Shown here: one piece after another, positions 14,394-28,252 of the stretch
How the letters are laid out: the number at the start of each line of letters is the position of its first letter
Position numbering within the stretch: the stretch's first letter is position 1
NCBI RefSeq assembly: GCF_001194135.2
Contig: NC_068991.1
Span: 74,086,397-74,150,396 of the forward strand
Source: Octopus bimaculoides
Lineage: Eukaryota
Reading direction: 5' to 3'
DNA: 64,000 nt
Made by a program: the position numbers and the translations under genes
The notes under the pieces: generated by a model
Database searches by the model: none
What the model saw: only the letters and a program-made list of their open reading frames with translations
Told to the model about the DNA's origin: nothing

Positions 14394-15763
14394 CTTCATT
14401 CAGTGGCCTATGATTCTATGGAGTGTAGAAAACTTGAGTTATGATGAGTCATTGATGCAGGTGTCATAATAATTAGACTCGGACAGCATTGTCTCAGCTG
14501 ATGATAATGGGAAGTATATCCATCACTCATACATATTCATGAGCATGTGTGTGTGTGTATGTAGACATATATATATTTTATTCTTTTACTTGTTTCAGTC
14601 ATTTGACTGCAGCCATGCTGGAGCACCGCCTTTAGTCGAACAAATTGACCCCAGGACTTATTCGTTGTAAGCCTAGTACTTATTCTATCAGTCTCTTTTG
14701 CTGATAGAAACATTTGCCTTCTTAGTGAATTTGCTACATGGAAACTGTGTGGAAACTCATTGTCTGTGTGTGGGTGCATGTTTGTGTTTGCCCCTCTCCC
14801 ATTTAACAATGGGTGGTGGTTTCTTTAAACCCCTGTAGCTTAGTGGTTGGTACAAAAAGACCATTGGAGTACATCTTGTTCAACTCAAACCCTAGGTGGT
14901 GCCCCAGCATGGCCACAATTCAGTGACTCAAACAAGGAAAAGATAAAAATAAATGTTAGAAAGCTATTTAGTTTCTGGGCAGAGACATTTGTCTATGCCC
15001 AGCAAGGTCTTTTAAAAGGGATTTCATTTTCGTTTTCATCCTCCAGAGAACTATTTGTATTCATTTAAAATAATTCAACTCGTTGATTAGACATTTAGTT
15101 GGATTTCAAAATGTTCTCTCTAAAATATAATGGATTAACGTCTATTTAAGTGCATTGTGTAATTTTTATTTGTTTACACAAGGGATTCCTGTTTTACTCT
15201 ATCAATTCCATCCAAAAAAAAAAAACGTTACCATGGTTATAACATGGCTACCTTATTTGATGCATTTTGCAGCATAGTGTCATTTTACAAAGGAAGCTCC
15301 CTCTACCTCCAGTCTCCTGTTATATTAGCACCTTTGAGACAATGTCGTAGTAGTGAGTCTCTAGGTATCCTGTATACTAGAAATGGCAGTTTGCTTCACG
15401 ACAGACTTCTTTCAGTTGCTGTCTCTCGTTTCACACAGATGGTATCGGTCCACTTGTGGCTATCACTGACACCAGCTGACAGCAGCCACACATTGGGAGT
15501 GGGCCCTAAGTCACAGGATTCTGAAATGAACTTATTAATTACACAGTCAGGTCTGTCCTTCTCAGGCTTCTCTTATGTCTATTTGATATTGTTCTTTACC
15601 ACTCCCTTTCTCAGTCTCCCTAGGCCTGTTTATTTAAAAAAAAGTTTTTTTTATAGCTTTTATGGTTTTATTTGTTTGGTTTTATATCTGTTTTTCCATT
15701 CCAGCATGGGTTAGATGAATATATTAACAAAGCATTGTTTTATCTCTGGTTACCTTTCTTGTT

Positions 15764-15992
15764 ATTTCTTTATTGCCCACAAGGGGCTAAACATAGAGGG
15801 GACAAACAAGGACAGACAAAGGGATTAAGTTGATTACATCGACCCCAGTGCATAACTGGTACTTAATTTATCGACCCCGAAAGGATGAAAGGAAAGTTGA
15901 CCTCAGGAGAATTTGAACTCAGAACGTAACTGCAGATGAAATACCGCGAAGCATTTTGCCCGGCGTGCTAACGATTCTGCCACCTCGCCGCC
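15764..15992 (-). mobile_element. SINE family B, full length, 8 bp TSD
   Basis: TSD TTCTTGTT at 15756-15763 and 15993-16000. Confidence 0.88.
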
Positions 15993-16596
15993 TTCTTGTT
16001 GCTAACTCTTACCTGTTTTTCAAGTAAGGGATCTCATATTTCATGTCTTTGATGATACAAAGCTGGATTAACAGTGTTCCTGCTTGGAGCTCCTGATTTT
16101 CAAGGAAACAAAAATGTGAGCGAACAAACACGTACATGTACACACATGCAGAGAGGGGGGGGCTCTTCCAGTTTTTGTCTACCAAATCGACTCTTAAGGC
16201 TTTGCTCAACTTCATGCTATAAGCAGAAGACACATGCCCAAGGTGCTGCACAGCTGGACTGAACCTGGAACCATGTAGTTGATAAACTTCTTAACCATGC
16301 AACCGTGCAATCACCTCCAGAGTAATATTCCACCAGCATGCTATTTTCTGTCTAGCTGAAACCTTGCTCCAGTCACACATCAGATATGTTGCTTTCTCAT
16401 AGAAGTTCTGTTGCCCTGTAATAGGTTTCCTCCTCCACCTCTCCATCATCATCATCATATGTATCGCCTAGACTAGACTCTCTCTCTCTCTCTCTGATGG
16501 AGGTTTCAGTTTTGACACCTTCCTTCTCCCAGACTGTCTTTTGCTTGTCTGTCTAGCATTTACTTTGATGTCATTATTTGATGGCTGTTGCTGGGG

Positions 16597-16639
<43 letters not shown>

Positions 16640-18133
16640 TGAGTGTGTGTGTCTGCTTTTTCCACTTTGACATGGGTTGAATGAGACTTACTGAAACATA
16701 TTCTATAGCCTGATGCTCTTCTTGCCACCAACCTTTGGATGCTTGCATGTGTATACATATAGGGGAATGTGCGTGCATATGCACATGCATATATATTTAT
16801 ATATTTGTATATACACATACATACACACTTGTATATACATACACTCGCACATAAATGCACGTGTACTTTATGTATATATATATGTGTAGTATATGTGTGT
16901 GTTTGTAATTAATGACTTCTTCCGTCTAACAAATTGATTTATTTAAATAAATCGTTCATTGTCTATGTACAGTAAGTTTGTAAAAACTAACAACAACAAA
17001 CTGTTAGCTGCTTAATACCATGTTTAAGTAGCAAGCAGAGCTTTATCTGCCAAGTGTAACTTGGAAAATTTCCTATTAAACTCTAATAGCAAGATTAAAT
17101 CTTTAATACTCCATCCTAAAATAGATTTTCTGTCTCTCTCTCTCTGAGTCTATTTTCGTTTTGCTGTGCATCTTTTGAAGAAAACAAATCTTTATTAAGT
17201 GTAAAATGTTTGCAATCTGTATTAAATTGTTTGAGGTTACTATCTCAACTATGGGTAAGAGGTGGATCGTTTTAAACTCTGCTGCAGGCTGTGTTGTGAC
17301 TTCTTATCGAGAGAGATTTGTCTATCTTTTATCTTGTCATCTACTTGTTTTAGTTTTTCGATTGTGGTCATGCTGGAGCACTGATGGATTGACAGTGCTC
17401 TTTTTTTTTTTAAAGTTTAGTACTAAATATATTGGTATCTTTTTGCTCAGTTGCTAAGTTACAGAGATATAAACAAACAAACACTGGTTGTTGAGGTGGT
17501 GATGATGGGACAAACACACACACACACACAAGATGGGCTTCCTTACAGTTTCTCTCTAATTCACTCACAAGGCATGTGTTGGTTGATGTGGGAGAGGAAG
17601 CTACAGTAAAAGATGCCCAACGTTCTGCACACGGGTACTGAACCTAAAACCACCCGGTTGCAAAGTGAGCTGCTTAACCACTCAGCCATGCCTGCATCTA
17701 CTGTGTATATTCAGTCGTAAGTCATTTGTCTAACGTAATTGATGATTGAATTAAGTGTTCAATCCATGTTGCTATTGTGAAACAGATTTAACGAAACAGG
17801 AAATGTGAAATCCAAGAAATAAATGGCATTTGTTGGAATAATGTGGCTAAAATAGTTACAATTTATAGTTTGGAACCCACTGTCCTGTTGTGTCCCCTTA
17901 GAACTTACTGCTCTTCAGCCCTATTTTGCTGGGGCTTTACACCTTTCAACTATAAGCATTGATATCAGTTCTGCTAACCTCTGACCCATCAGTGTGCTGT
18001 CTCCTCTTTGCCTTTTCTGTTGCTACCATAATGGCCTCTGCTTCTCAGAGCTGGTTGCTCTCTTGCCTTCACCACTTAGGTAAACCCCTGACCTATTTAC
18101 CTCTCCACTTCTTGTCAATCTTGGTGTGTTCAA

Positions 18134-18345
18134 GGCAGTGAGCTGGCAGAAACGTTAGCACGCTGGGCGAAATGCTTAGCGGTATATCGTCTGTCTTTAC
18201 GTTCTGAGTTCAAATTCCGCCGAGGTCGACTTTGCCTTTCATCTTTTCGGGGGTTGATAAATTAAGTATCAGTTTCATACTGGAATCGATCTAATCGACT
18301 GACCCCCTCCTCAAAAATTGTGTCTAGAGGGAGAAAAGAATCTTG
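18134..18345 (+). mobile_element. SINE family B
   Basis: ggcagtgagctggcagaaacgttagc...gagttcaaattccgccgaggtcgactttgcctttcatc. Confidence 0.85.
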
Positions 18346-19353
18346 GTTTGTTCAATCTCTACTTTCCTTGCAATGAATCTCTATACCCAATCCTTCATAT
18401 CTGGACCCTCTGGAGTCCCCACCTTGCTCATTGTCTGCCCTGCAAGTGTTGACGTGCAACAATAAGAAGCTGAACATTAAAGGCAACAACTCCATTCTCA
18501 GAAGATTTGCAGATGTCATAGGTTCTGCTCCTTTCTCCAGACCCAGTTTTTTTTTTCTTCCCCCTTTTTAAAGACACATAATAGTCTTCCTGCCTAACGA
18601 AGCCTAATTTCTTTTGATTATAGATTTACAAAAGAGGAACAGCTAGGTTTTAGTTGATTCTATTGATGTATATGGCTTCCCATCTGCTAGGCTAGCTGGT
18701 TTTAACCCCCTCAGTACTGTTTATCAGTAATCTTTCCAGTCCGGGTTGATGTAATAATAATTAGAAAAATCATGGCAGTGGATTAGTGGAACTGCAAGGA
18801 TGGTAGACCAGGTGCCTTGTGGTATTTGCTTCAGCTCCTTGTGTTCTGAGTTCAAATCCTGTTGTGGCCTATGTCCCTGGGATAGATCTAACCTGTTGCC
18901 TAGTTTAGCACCACCATTTCCCCCTTGGCTGCCTTTAGAGGAATCCACTCTTTTGGAAACTTTTGACCCACAATAATAATAAAAAAATTCTAATCTCATA
19001 TGCAAACTTTAGAATTTGATGGGTGACTTTTGGTGAGATGGTGTCAAAAAGGTTAATCCTTATAGATGTACAGATGTTTCCAAAGCTCAATGTGGTTCCC
19101 TATTTTAAGTTGGAGTGCTGAATGCCTAAGTGCTCAGTTTGATGTGGAACTAATTGAAATTTCATGTGTCATTATTTCAACAACTGTTTTTTCCACATTA
19201 TCAGACATTGGGTAGTCTACTGTGTAGTGTATCATCACTAATCTTAGTCGTCTTTCTCCTTGTATGTATCTCTCAGATTAGCTTAATCTTTTGTGGCCAG
19301 CTTGACTGTTCGCTATTTAATATTCTCAATGATTTTTTGCTGATACACATTAA

Positions 19354-19421
<68 letters not shown>

Positions 19422-19577
19422 CACATTTTAAAATGTATTAGGATGAAATGCCACTGATTTGTCAGCTTAATCTATTTTTCCACAATATCTCAGCCTCATA
19501 TTTCCATCTTAAATCAGTTTGATGTTTATCATTAATAACTACCCTTCACGTTGTGCTCATTTGTTTGTCGGACTATC

Positions 19578-19678
19578 ATGTCGATGGTGCATTACGGCCG
19601 TGTTATCTTACTTGCAAAGTTAAGAAAATTGCTACAACAAAAAGATAAGCGGAGTCGTTCCTATAATTATAAATTCAG
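19578..19678 (+). CDS. SRPK: Candidate alternative first coding exon: MSMVHYGRVILLAKLRKLLQQKDKRSRSYNYKF(R)
   Basis: ATG at 19578, 33 open codons plus AG, donor AG|gtattc at 19679. Phase 2 matches the acceptor at 29754. Locally CpG-richer than the flanks. No homology recognised. Confidence 0.4.
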
Positions 19679-22374
19679 GTATTCAAATTTTATTTTAATT
19701 TTTTTCTGTTTTAAATTTGTCCGAGGTTAGTGTTGTGTTTGTACCAGTTTCACTAAATCCATCTACAATTTTGTGTCTAAATTTTAGTTTTAAAGTTTGA
19801 TTAAGCAGCTTAGAAGAAGTATTAAAATCATATTTTGCAGTCATTTATTGATGATTATTATTATTGATATTGATTGCAGTTCCAATTCTTTCTGAGATCA
19901 ACCCTTACTGTGCTCAACTTTGCTGTCATCCTTACAGAATCGATAAGATGAAATACTTGTGTAGAACTGGGAGTTGATGTAATCTACTAACTCAATCTCC
20001 TTCCTTAAAAAAATATTGTTCTTTGCCTAAATTAGAAGCAATTATAACGAGGACGGTGGATTGGCAGACACATTAGAGCATTGGATAAAAAGTTTTGTGG
20101 TATTTGTTGTAGCTTTTTACATTCTGAGTTCAAATCCTGCTGAGCTCAACATTGCTTTTCGTCCTTTCGTAGTCAATAAAATAAAGTCCTGGTTACTATT
20201 ATATAAAGTTTTGGTGGTGAACTGGCAGAATCGTTAGCACGCTGGAGGAAATGCTTAGCGGTATTTTGCCTGTTGCTCTGTTCTGAGTTCAAATCCTGCT
20301 GAGGTCGACTTTGCCTGTCAAAATAAAATAAGTACCAGTTGAACACTGGGGTCAATGTAATCAACTCATCCCCCACCTCCCCCACAAGCTGCCCTTGTGG
20401 CAAAAATTTGAAATAATTATAGAAAGGTTTCATTTCTTTATGGTTGTATCTTTTACTTTTTTCGGTCATTATGAAACTGGCCATGTTGGGGCACTACCTT
20501 GAGGAATTTTAGTTGAATGAGTCAACCCCAGTACTTAGCCTGGTACTTAGTTCATTGCTCTCTTTTGCCAAACTGCTAAGTTGTGGGGATGTAAACACAC
20601 CAACACCAGTTGTCGGGGGATGGTGGAAGACAAAGAAACACATACGCAATGGTCTTCTTTCAGTTCCTATTTACCAAATCCATTCACAAGGGCTTTGGTT
20701 GGCCCGATTCTATAGTTGAAGATGCTTGCCCAAGGTGCCACACAGTGGGACTAAATTTGGGAACCATGTGGTTGAGAAGCAAACTTCTTACCACACTGTG
20801 CCATCCCTGTGCTTTTTTTTTTTTCTCCTTATGGCAACATGTTTTTATAACTAAAGCTGCCAAATGAATTTCTGTCAGGCTGAGTGTATTTGCATTCCTT
20901 GAAAATGTCTCTGATCCAAAGAACCATTGTTGATGCTTATCGTGCTTTCATGTCACTGACTCTATGCATTACCAAGGTAACGAGAATTCACTTCTCTCTT
21001 TGTTGATTGATAATATTGCCACGTGGCATATCAGCCACTTGTCTCAGGAATTAATTACTGTACATAAAAATGAAAGTTAGCTTTGATTAGTGTAACTAAA
21101 GCTCTGACTGTTTCATATCTGGTATCACTGATTATTTCTGTTTTCTGTGTTAAAAAAAATTAAGAAAAAAAAAGTAGCTGTGACTCTTAGGTATTGGCTT
21201 GTTATAAAATATATCCAGCCTATTAACATAAGTCAAAGGTATTAGCAGGTTTTATTATAGCAGTTTAAAGATTATCTATGCTTAAGTTGTTAGGGGTATT
21301 ACTGAAGCAGGTAAATCTTCAATTGTTTTGGATTTCCCTGGTGAATTTTATTGTACGAAAATGATAGTAGTGCATTGTTGTGCGTTAATTCTAGCTCACT
21401 TTTTATTTTCTGTTCTTTTGGTTCTTCTGTTTACTTCCTGGATCTGGATGAGGAAGCAGTGTCCACGGTCATTTCAGGCAATCTCAGACCAGTAAGATTT
21501 TCACCGTTTAATGTTCCTCTCGAACCTTTGTAAGTCGAAACAGATGGGGATGACATGAGCGAGGAAGGAATCCCAGATAGACTAACTTTCGGTGGAGGAA
21601 GGACTGGGAGATTTGGGATGCCACTAGGTTGCTAGGAGGCGGGAAGATGAGCGGGAAGGAAGTGCTCTGAGAAGCTGGGGCCATTATTGTAGTAGATGAA
21701 AAGGCAGAGAGAGAGGACACAGCACACTTATGAATCAGAAGATGATGGAGTGGTTTCATGCCAATCAGTCAGGTGGTCCCTTTCTGGATGCAGTCCAGGA
21801 TGTCTGATTGTGGAGCAGCTGCAGAACATTCAAATACACATCAAGACAATATTCTTGTGGTAATCCAAAGGCCCCCTCCCTCCTAAAAAGAACTACATGT
21901 TCTATTGCAGTTTTGTTTCGAAACAGACACACACATATGGTACCGGTTAGTTGTCTAACCCTGCAGCCTAAATTTATTGTGCAGTAATTATAAAATTTGT
22001 GTTGATTGGGACTTTGTTTAATTGCTTATTCGGCCGTGTTGCCTTGTTACCCTTAAACTCCCGTCAAAATAACATTAGACTCCTTATATTGATAAACCTA
22101 AAACCAAGATTGAAATAATTTTGGAAAATAACTTCCAAGGTTTCTTCTTTGCTTAGCCTCACCCCCTCCTCCTTCCTCCTCCTCATGTTATTCCCATTTA
22201 TCTCTAATTACTGTTGATTATATACTTCCAAAGATAATCCTTTAATTATTTTGACTTTGATCCTCCCTCACTCTTAATGCCTTTTTTATTTTTGTTTTTA
22301 TTTTTAATCTTTATTTTGTACAAGAAACTGCTTGTTTTGAGATATTTGTATAAGGGCATTGACATTGATTTACA

Positions 22375-22729
22375 ATTCTTTTATTTGACTGTGGCCATGC
22401 TGGAGCACTGCCTTTGGTCGAACAAATTGACCCCAGGGCTTATTCTTTGTAAGCTTAGTACTTATTCTACCAGTCTCTTTTGCTGAACTGCTAGGTTACA
22501 AGGACGTAAACGCACTAACATCGGTTGTCAAGTGATGGTGGAGGGACAAACACAAACATATATATACAACAAGCTTCTTTCAGTTTCCGTCTACCAAATC
22601 CACTCACAAGGCTTTGGTTGGCCCGAGGCTATAGTAGAAAACACTTGCCCAAGGTGCCATGCAGTGGGACTGAACCTGGAACCATGTGGTTGGTAAGCAA
22701 GCTACTTACCACACAGCCACTCCTGCACC
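22375..22729 (-). mobile_element. SINE family A
   Basis: Head and tail match the family consensus seen in the other copies. Confidence 0.85.
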
Positions 22730-22748
22730 TTGATATTTAACAACAGTT

Positions 22749-22982
22749 AGGGCGGTGAGCTGGCAGAATCGTTAGCATGCTGGGCGAAATGCTTAGTGGT
22801 ATTTTGCCTGCCGTTACATTCTGATTTCAAATTCTGCCGAGGTCGACTTTGCCTTTAATCCTTTCAGGGTCGATTAAATAAGTACCAGTTATGCACTGGG
22901 GTCAATGTAATCGACTTAAACCCTTTGTCTGTCTTTTTTTGTCCCCTCTATGTTTAGTCCCCTGTGGGCAATAAAGAAATAA
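22749..22982 (+). mobile_element. SINE family B, full length, 16 bp TSD (1 mismatch)
   Basis: ATATTTAACAACAGTT (22733-22748) / ATATTTAATAACAGTT (22983-22998). Confidence 0.9.
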
Positions 22983-25526
22983 ATATTTAATAACAGTTCT
23001 TCTAAAGTCATTCGCTGTTCTGTGGGAATTAGGTTTGTGTTGATCCAACTTGGTTGCCACTTTTGTGGTTTTTCTTTTTCCTATTTTTTTCTATTTCGTT
23101 ATCACTTGGAACTCTTCAATTTTTCAAATTTGTTTTTTCCATTCTAGCATGGGTTTTAGCATGTGCAATTGCCAGATACATATATTTATATATAATTATT
23201 ATTTTAAAGCTTTTCCTGTAAATATTCATTCATATCTGTTTGTTCTTGTTAGCTGGCATTTGAGATAGTGTGTTTCTTTTCCAATAGTTTCTAAGCAAGA
23301 GATAAAAATATTTCATATTAATCTTGTATGTAGCAGCATATCAAACTGAAATTACAAAAAAAAGAGAAAGCCAAGTTTTGTTTGTGAATTTCGCATGGAA
23401 GCTAAATTTACTCAAATTGGCTGTTGATTTTGGTTCATTTAAAAAAAAAAAAGTACATCTTAATAAATATTTCAAGTGCAGAAATAGCTTTCAGATAGTG
23501 TTTTAATCTTTTTTGGATTGTTCCTTTGAATTATATTCTTTGGGTAAATTTGTTAAGATCCCTTTTCTGTTTGGTAAAGTTATGGAACATTTATGAGCAT
23601 GCTCTGTCTGTCTCTCTCTCTCTCAATACACACACACACACACAGCTTAGTTATTAGGGTTTTTTGATACCAGCCTGTCCATGACTGTCCTTAGTTCTAT
23701 GACAGAAACAGGTTTGAAAAGAATCTAAGCTAAAATCTTCCATCAAAATTTCATGGTAATATTTCAAACACAAGCATAATAATGGTTATTCAAGCAAATT
23801 TTTAATTTCTCAAACTCTCTTAGCTATGTATATCAACAGTGGAGTTAAAGAGATTATATAGTTAGCCTAAGGATTAATTTTATTATCTTTCTTACACAAA
23901 AGAGTTTGTGGCAATTGAATATGGCAGACACAAGGAGTGGGTGTGCAACTGGTTGAATTGGGGGTTTCTTTTACTCTAGATTGCTGAAAAAGAAAATTAT
24001 GTTTTCATTGCAGATGTTTTGCTGATAATTATCAAAGTATGAAGAATATAAACCATAGTTGGCACTCACAGGCACATGTTATTTGGTAACATTTGTGCCA
24101 TGCGTTTGTTCGTTGTTTTAGGTGTTGGTTCTCAACTGAAGTCCGTAAAAATTTTTTAGGGATCTATGAGTATTTTAAGGGTGCATTGTTTTGGATGTAG
24201 TTATTGCAAGAAATGGCTAGATTTCTTTCTCTGGTGTTTTACATAGTTTAACATGTTTCTTTTCTGCTATAGGCACAAGGTCTCAAATTTGGTGGGAGGT
24301 GGGGAGGAGACCAGTCGATTAGATTGACCCAGTATGCAACTGGTATGTGAGCTGGATCTGGCTAGTTTAAATGCTAATGAAATATTGGAGCAAAAACATG
24401 GTACTGTGAGAAGTGTGGTGCCAATAGAAGTGTAGAGAGGTTAGTGCACCAAATAGGTTTTATTGTAGTTTGTTTTGTTTTTTATTCAAGAGGAAAGGCA
24501 GCGACCATGACTCTTCAGGGCTTCCGAGATAAGTGGTTGGGGTTCACGGTGGAGGAAAGTATTCTCAAAAGCAAACTCCTAGCCTGAAGACTCTGCTACT
24601 GGTGCCCATGGTGCTAGGCAGTGGTTTTTAAACTGAATGATGGCTTTGAGTCGAGTCATTGTATTAAGAGTAGAGTATACAGTGAAAGTTTAGTCAATAG
24701 TTGGAGGCTATTGATGTGTGAGCTTTTCTAAGCAGCTTTAGTGTGGAGATGGCTTTTGCTAGAGATGATCAGATATCTCGCATTATATAAAACAGTTTTT
24801 ATAGATCGAGGTCTGTGGCTTTTGCTTCACACCATGGCTAGCTGGCTATGGTTAATAATCACTGGAAGAGAATTTTGAAATAAAGATTTTCTCAGTAATG
24901 GATTTTTTTAAATGTCCAGTGTATGTGTTTGTGTGTTGTTTACGTAGAATTGTTGTTAATTGAAAAGAGAGTTGGAAGATTATAGCATAGAATATTTTCT
25001 TTTGCCTCGCCTCCCCCCGCCATGAAATATGAACAATTCTTGCATTGATAAACAGTTATTGAATTGCTGTATCTGCCTGCTGTGTGGGTTAGCAACCAAG
25101 TACAAGGACTTAGTGAAGGACATACTAAAAGTTATATTTACCACTTAGTATGGATTATCTATGACATCATGTTAGTCTTTTTTTGTTTGTTTGTTTGTTT
25201 TCCTTTTTGCATTCATTATAGGAAAATAAATTCAGCTTTGATTTTTATTATTTTTTTTTTGTTAAAGAATATTTGTTAAATTATGGTCTTGGTTTTGTGG
25301 TTTTTACATGAAATATAGTTTTCAGAAAATAAATTGTATCTCTGGTTCTCCCCACCACCAAATTCAATTTTAAATTTATTTTTCACTTGATGAGGTGTTT
25401 TGCCTGTTCTCTTCTCCTTCCCACCCCAAAGATAGTCCTTAAGTAGACCAAAATAAATGTCTCACTCCCCCCAAATTACAATGTGTAGGTTATTGCTAAA
25501 CAAACTTCTTTTCTGATCTTACACAC

Positions 25527-25566
<40 letters not shown>

Positions 25567-26689
25567 CTATAATTTGCTTTAAGATATTAATATGGGAAGC
25601 AATAGCCTGGCACAGTTACTACTTTCTTAATAATGCTTCATAATGTTTTTTGTAGAAGAATTAGGGTCGTTATTTCTTGAATTTTTGGCTAATTAACATT
25701 TTGCTGTTTTTTCTTTTCCCTTTACTTTCTGTATTTTTTTGTTTTTTCTTTTTCTGCATTACCTTCTTGGCATTGGCATTAATTTCTATGATCTATTTAT
25801 ATATGCTAGATATTGGCTCCTGTTTCCTCTCCTTTGCCCTCCCTTCTCTATATTTCTTGTTCGTTTGGTGATAAATTGTTGGACAGATTCACATCATTTA
25901 TTAAGGCAAAAGAAAGTAATTTCTAAAAATGGAACTGAAAAGACAGATCAAAGTGGCTTGCTCTCAACAAGTTATGAATGATTCTTGTGTCTACTTTATT
26001 AATTCTTAGTCTTTCTCTCCCTCCTTCACCCCCCCTCTTTTTCCTTGCCTCATAGACTATTGATTAAAAAAAAAATGTGAAGCAATCTTCGAGTGGTTTT
26101 TGAAATAGTACCTTTGAATAAATAATAAAGCTTCATATTTTCTTCCTAATCTCTCTTACCAGATCATTTAAAGAGAAGAGTTGAGTCGACAGTAATTTTA
26201 ATGCTAGTCATATGCGAGCTCCTCACAAGTAAATGGGGCTTTTGTGTTCACGTGTAAATGTTCCTCATTTCAGAGTTTCCATTTTTGCTCTCCACTTTTC
26301 AAAGCATTCTATTTCTAGATATTTCATACTAAAAGATTTTTAATGCAGTTAATAAGCAGATGCTACTTCTAATGACGATGGAATTACTGTAATTCTAATC
26401 AATAAATTTATATTGATGACCAGTAACTGTACAGTCATCTCCTCCTCATGGTGAACGTGCTGTCCTAGGAATTCTGCTATCTTCCTTTTAACACAAAAAG
26501 CGCAATGGGCCACGATCGTGGCCGTCAGGCACTGGTCGACAGACCATGATTGTGGCCGTCAGGCACCGGTCGACAGGCCACACTCATAGCCCAGATAGAT
26601 GCATTTAATTTATGGGCGTTTGTTGGGGTCTAATGTCACTCAAAAAGCTCCGATTGCTCCTAGAACGTACCCCTTTGAGGCACAAGTCC

Positions 26690-26937
26690 AGGCAAGGTTA
26701 TTTATGGGAGACCAGCGATCACCCATGCATACCAACCTCCCCTCTCTATGCCACTGATGTTATCCAAGGGGCTGATACAGCTTGGCACTAGTGACATTGC
26801 AACCCATTTCTACAGCCGAGTGAACTGGAGCAACATGAAATAGTGTCTTGCTCAAGAACACAGCACACTGCCTGGTCTGGGAATCAAACTCACTACCTCG
26901 TGATAGTGAGCCCAGTGCTCTAACCACTGAGCCATGT
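26690..26937 (-). mobile_element. tRNA-derived SINE, third family
   Basis: Reverse complement begins catggctcagtggttagagcactgggctcac...gagtttgattccc (A and B boxes), followed by a gtgttcttgagcaagacact core. Confidence 0.75.
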
Positions 26938-27967
26938 GAGATGTATGTATCAGGGTTCCATACAGTTTCTTTCTAGCAATTAAACTCACAAGGCATTGGC
27001 CTAAAGAGCCACACAATGTGAGAGAACTTGCATCCATGGGAATGTGAAGAGACCTCATTATTCTCATATAAAAGCTTTGATGTTACAGTTTATATTTTAT
27101 TGTTATAAAAATATTATTAACATTTTATTTCGGATTAAGTCCCTCTCCCCTCCTCCTTCTCATCCATTGGGCCCTGCAAACATTTTGATATTTACTTGCA
27201 GTTCTACCTGATACCTTAAATTCTCACCTAGTTTCGTTTTAAACCTGGTGTTCAGACTATTTGTGCAAAGCTGCTTATTTATTGCAATACTTTTATTTGC
27301 AGGGGAATAAAAAGAATAATGAAGCATGAAATGTCTGAAAGTCGTCTTAATCTAGATTGATGTATTCTAGATTATGTGATTGATGTATTTTGGATTGCTT
27401 GGTGAATTTTGTTTCTGATTCTTGATGTAGAAAATTGTATTTAGTTTTAGACTCATTTCTAACTACTTATTGCTAAATTGGTTGGCATAACTGGGAAGCC
27501 TTAGCCTCTGTCTGTCTGTCTCTCTCTCTCCAAGTATATGGTCTCTGGTTCAGTTTTACTGTTTGACATTTTGAGTAAATGTCTTCTCTAGCCATTTTTA
27601 CTCTGCACACTCCATCCCCTCAGTCCTGCATCTCTGATGAGTTATCTGTATACGTTGTGTTTAGACGACCAGCTTGAGTATGGCCGTGTTTTGGCATCCA
27701 TAGCAGTGGGCCACTAGCCAGCTCTTGTTTAGTTTGCCAGCGTTGTCCTGCAAAGCACAATTGTCTTTCCCTTAGGAGATGTCCATACAGCTGTTTCTAA
27801 TTTATTGTTTGCATTTGGTTGCATGGTTTAGAAACTCACTTTGTAACCATGTGGCCTAGGGTTCAATCCCATTGCATGGCAATTTGGGTGAGTGTCTTTC
27901 TACTATAGCCTTGGTCTGACCAGTGCCTTGTGAGTGAGTTTGGTACGTGAAAACTGGAATCTTGGCC

Positions 27968-28029
<62 letters not shown>

Positions 28030-28252
28030 AATATATTCTTTTCTAGTCTAGGCACAAGGCCCGAAGTTTTGGGGGAGGAGGCCAGTCGATTAGATCAACC
28101 CCAGTATGTAACTGGTACTTAATTTATCAGCCCTGAAAGGATGAAAGACAAAGTTGACTTTGGCGGAATTTGAACTCAGAACGTAAAGACAGACGAAATA
28201 CTGCTAAATGTTTTGCCTGGCATGCTAACAATTCTGCCAGCTCGCTGCCTTT
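28030..28252 (-). mobile_element. SINE family B variant
   Basis: Same head and core as the other B copies, with a different tail (ctagtctaggcacaaggcc). Confidence 0.8.
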
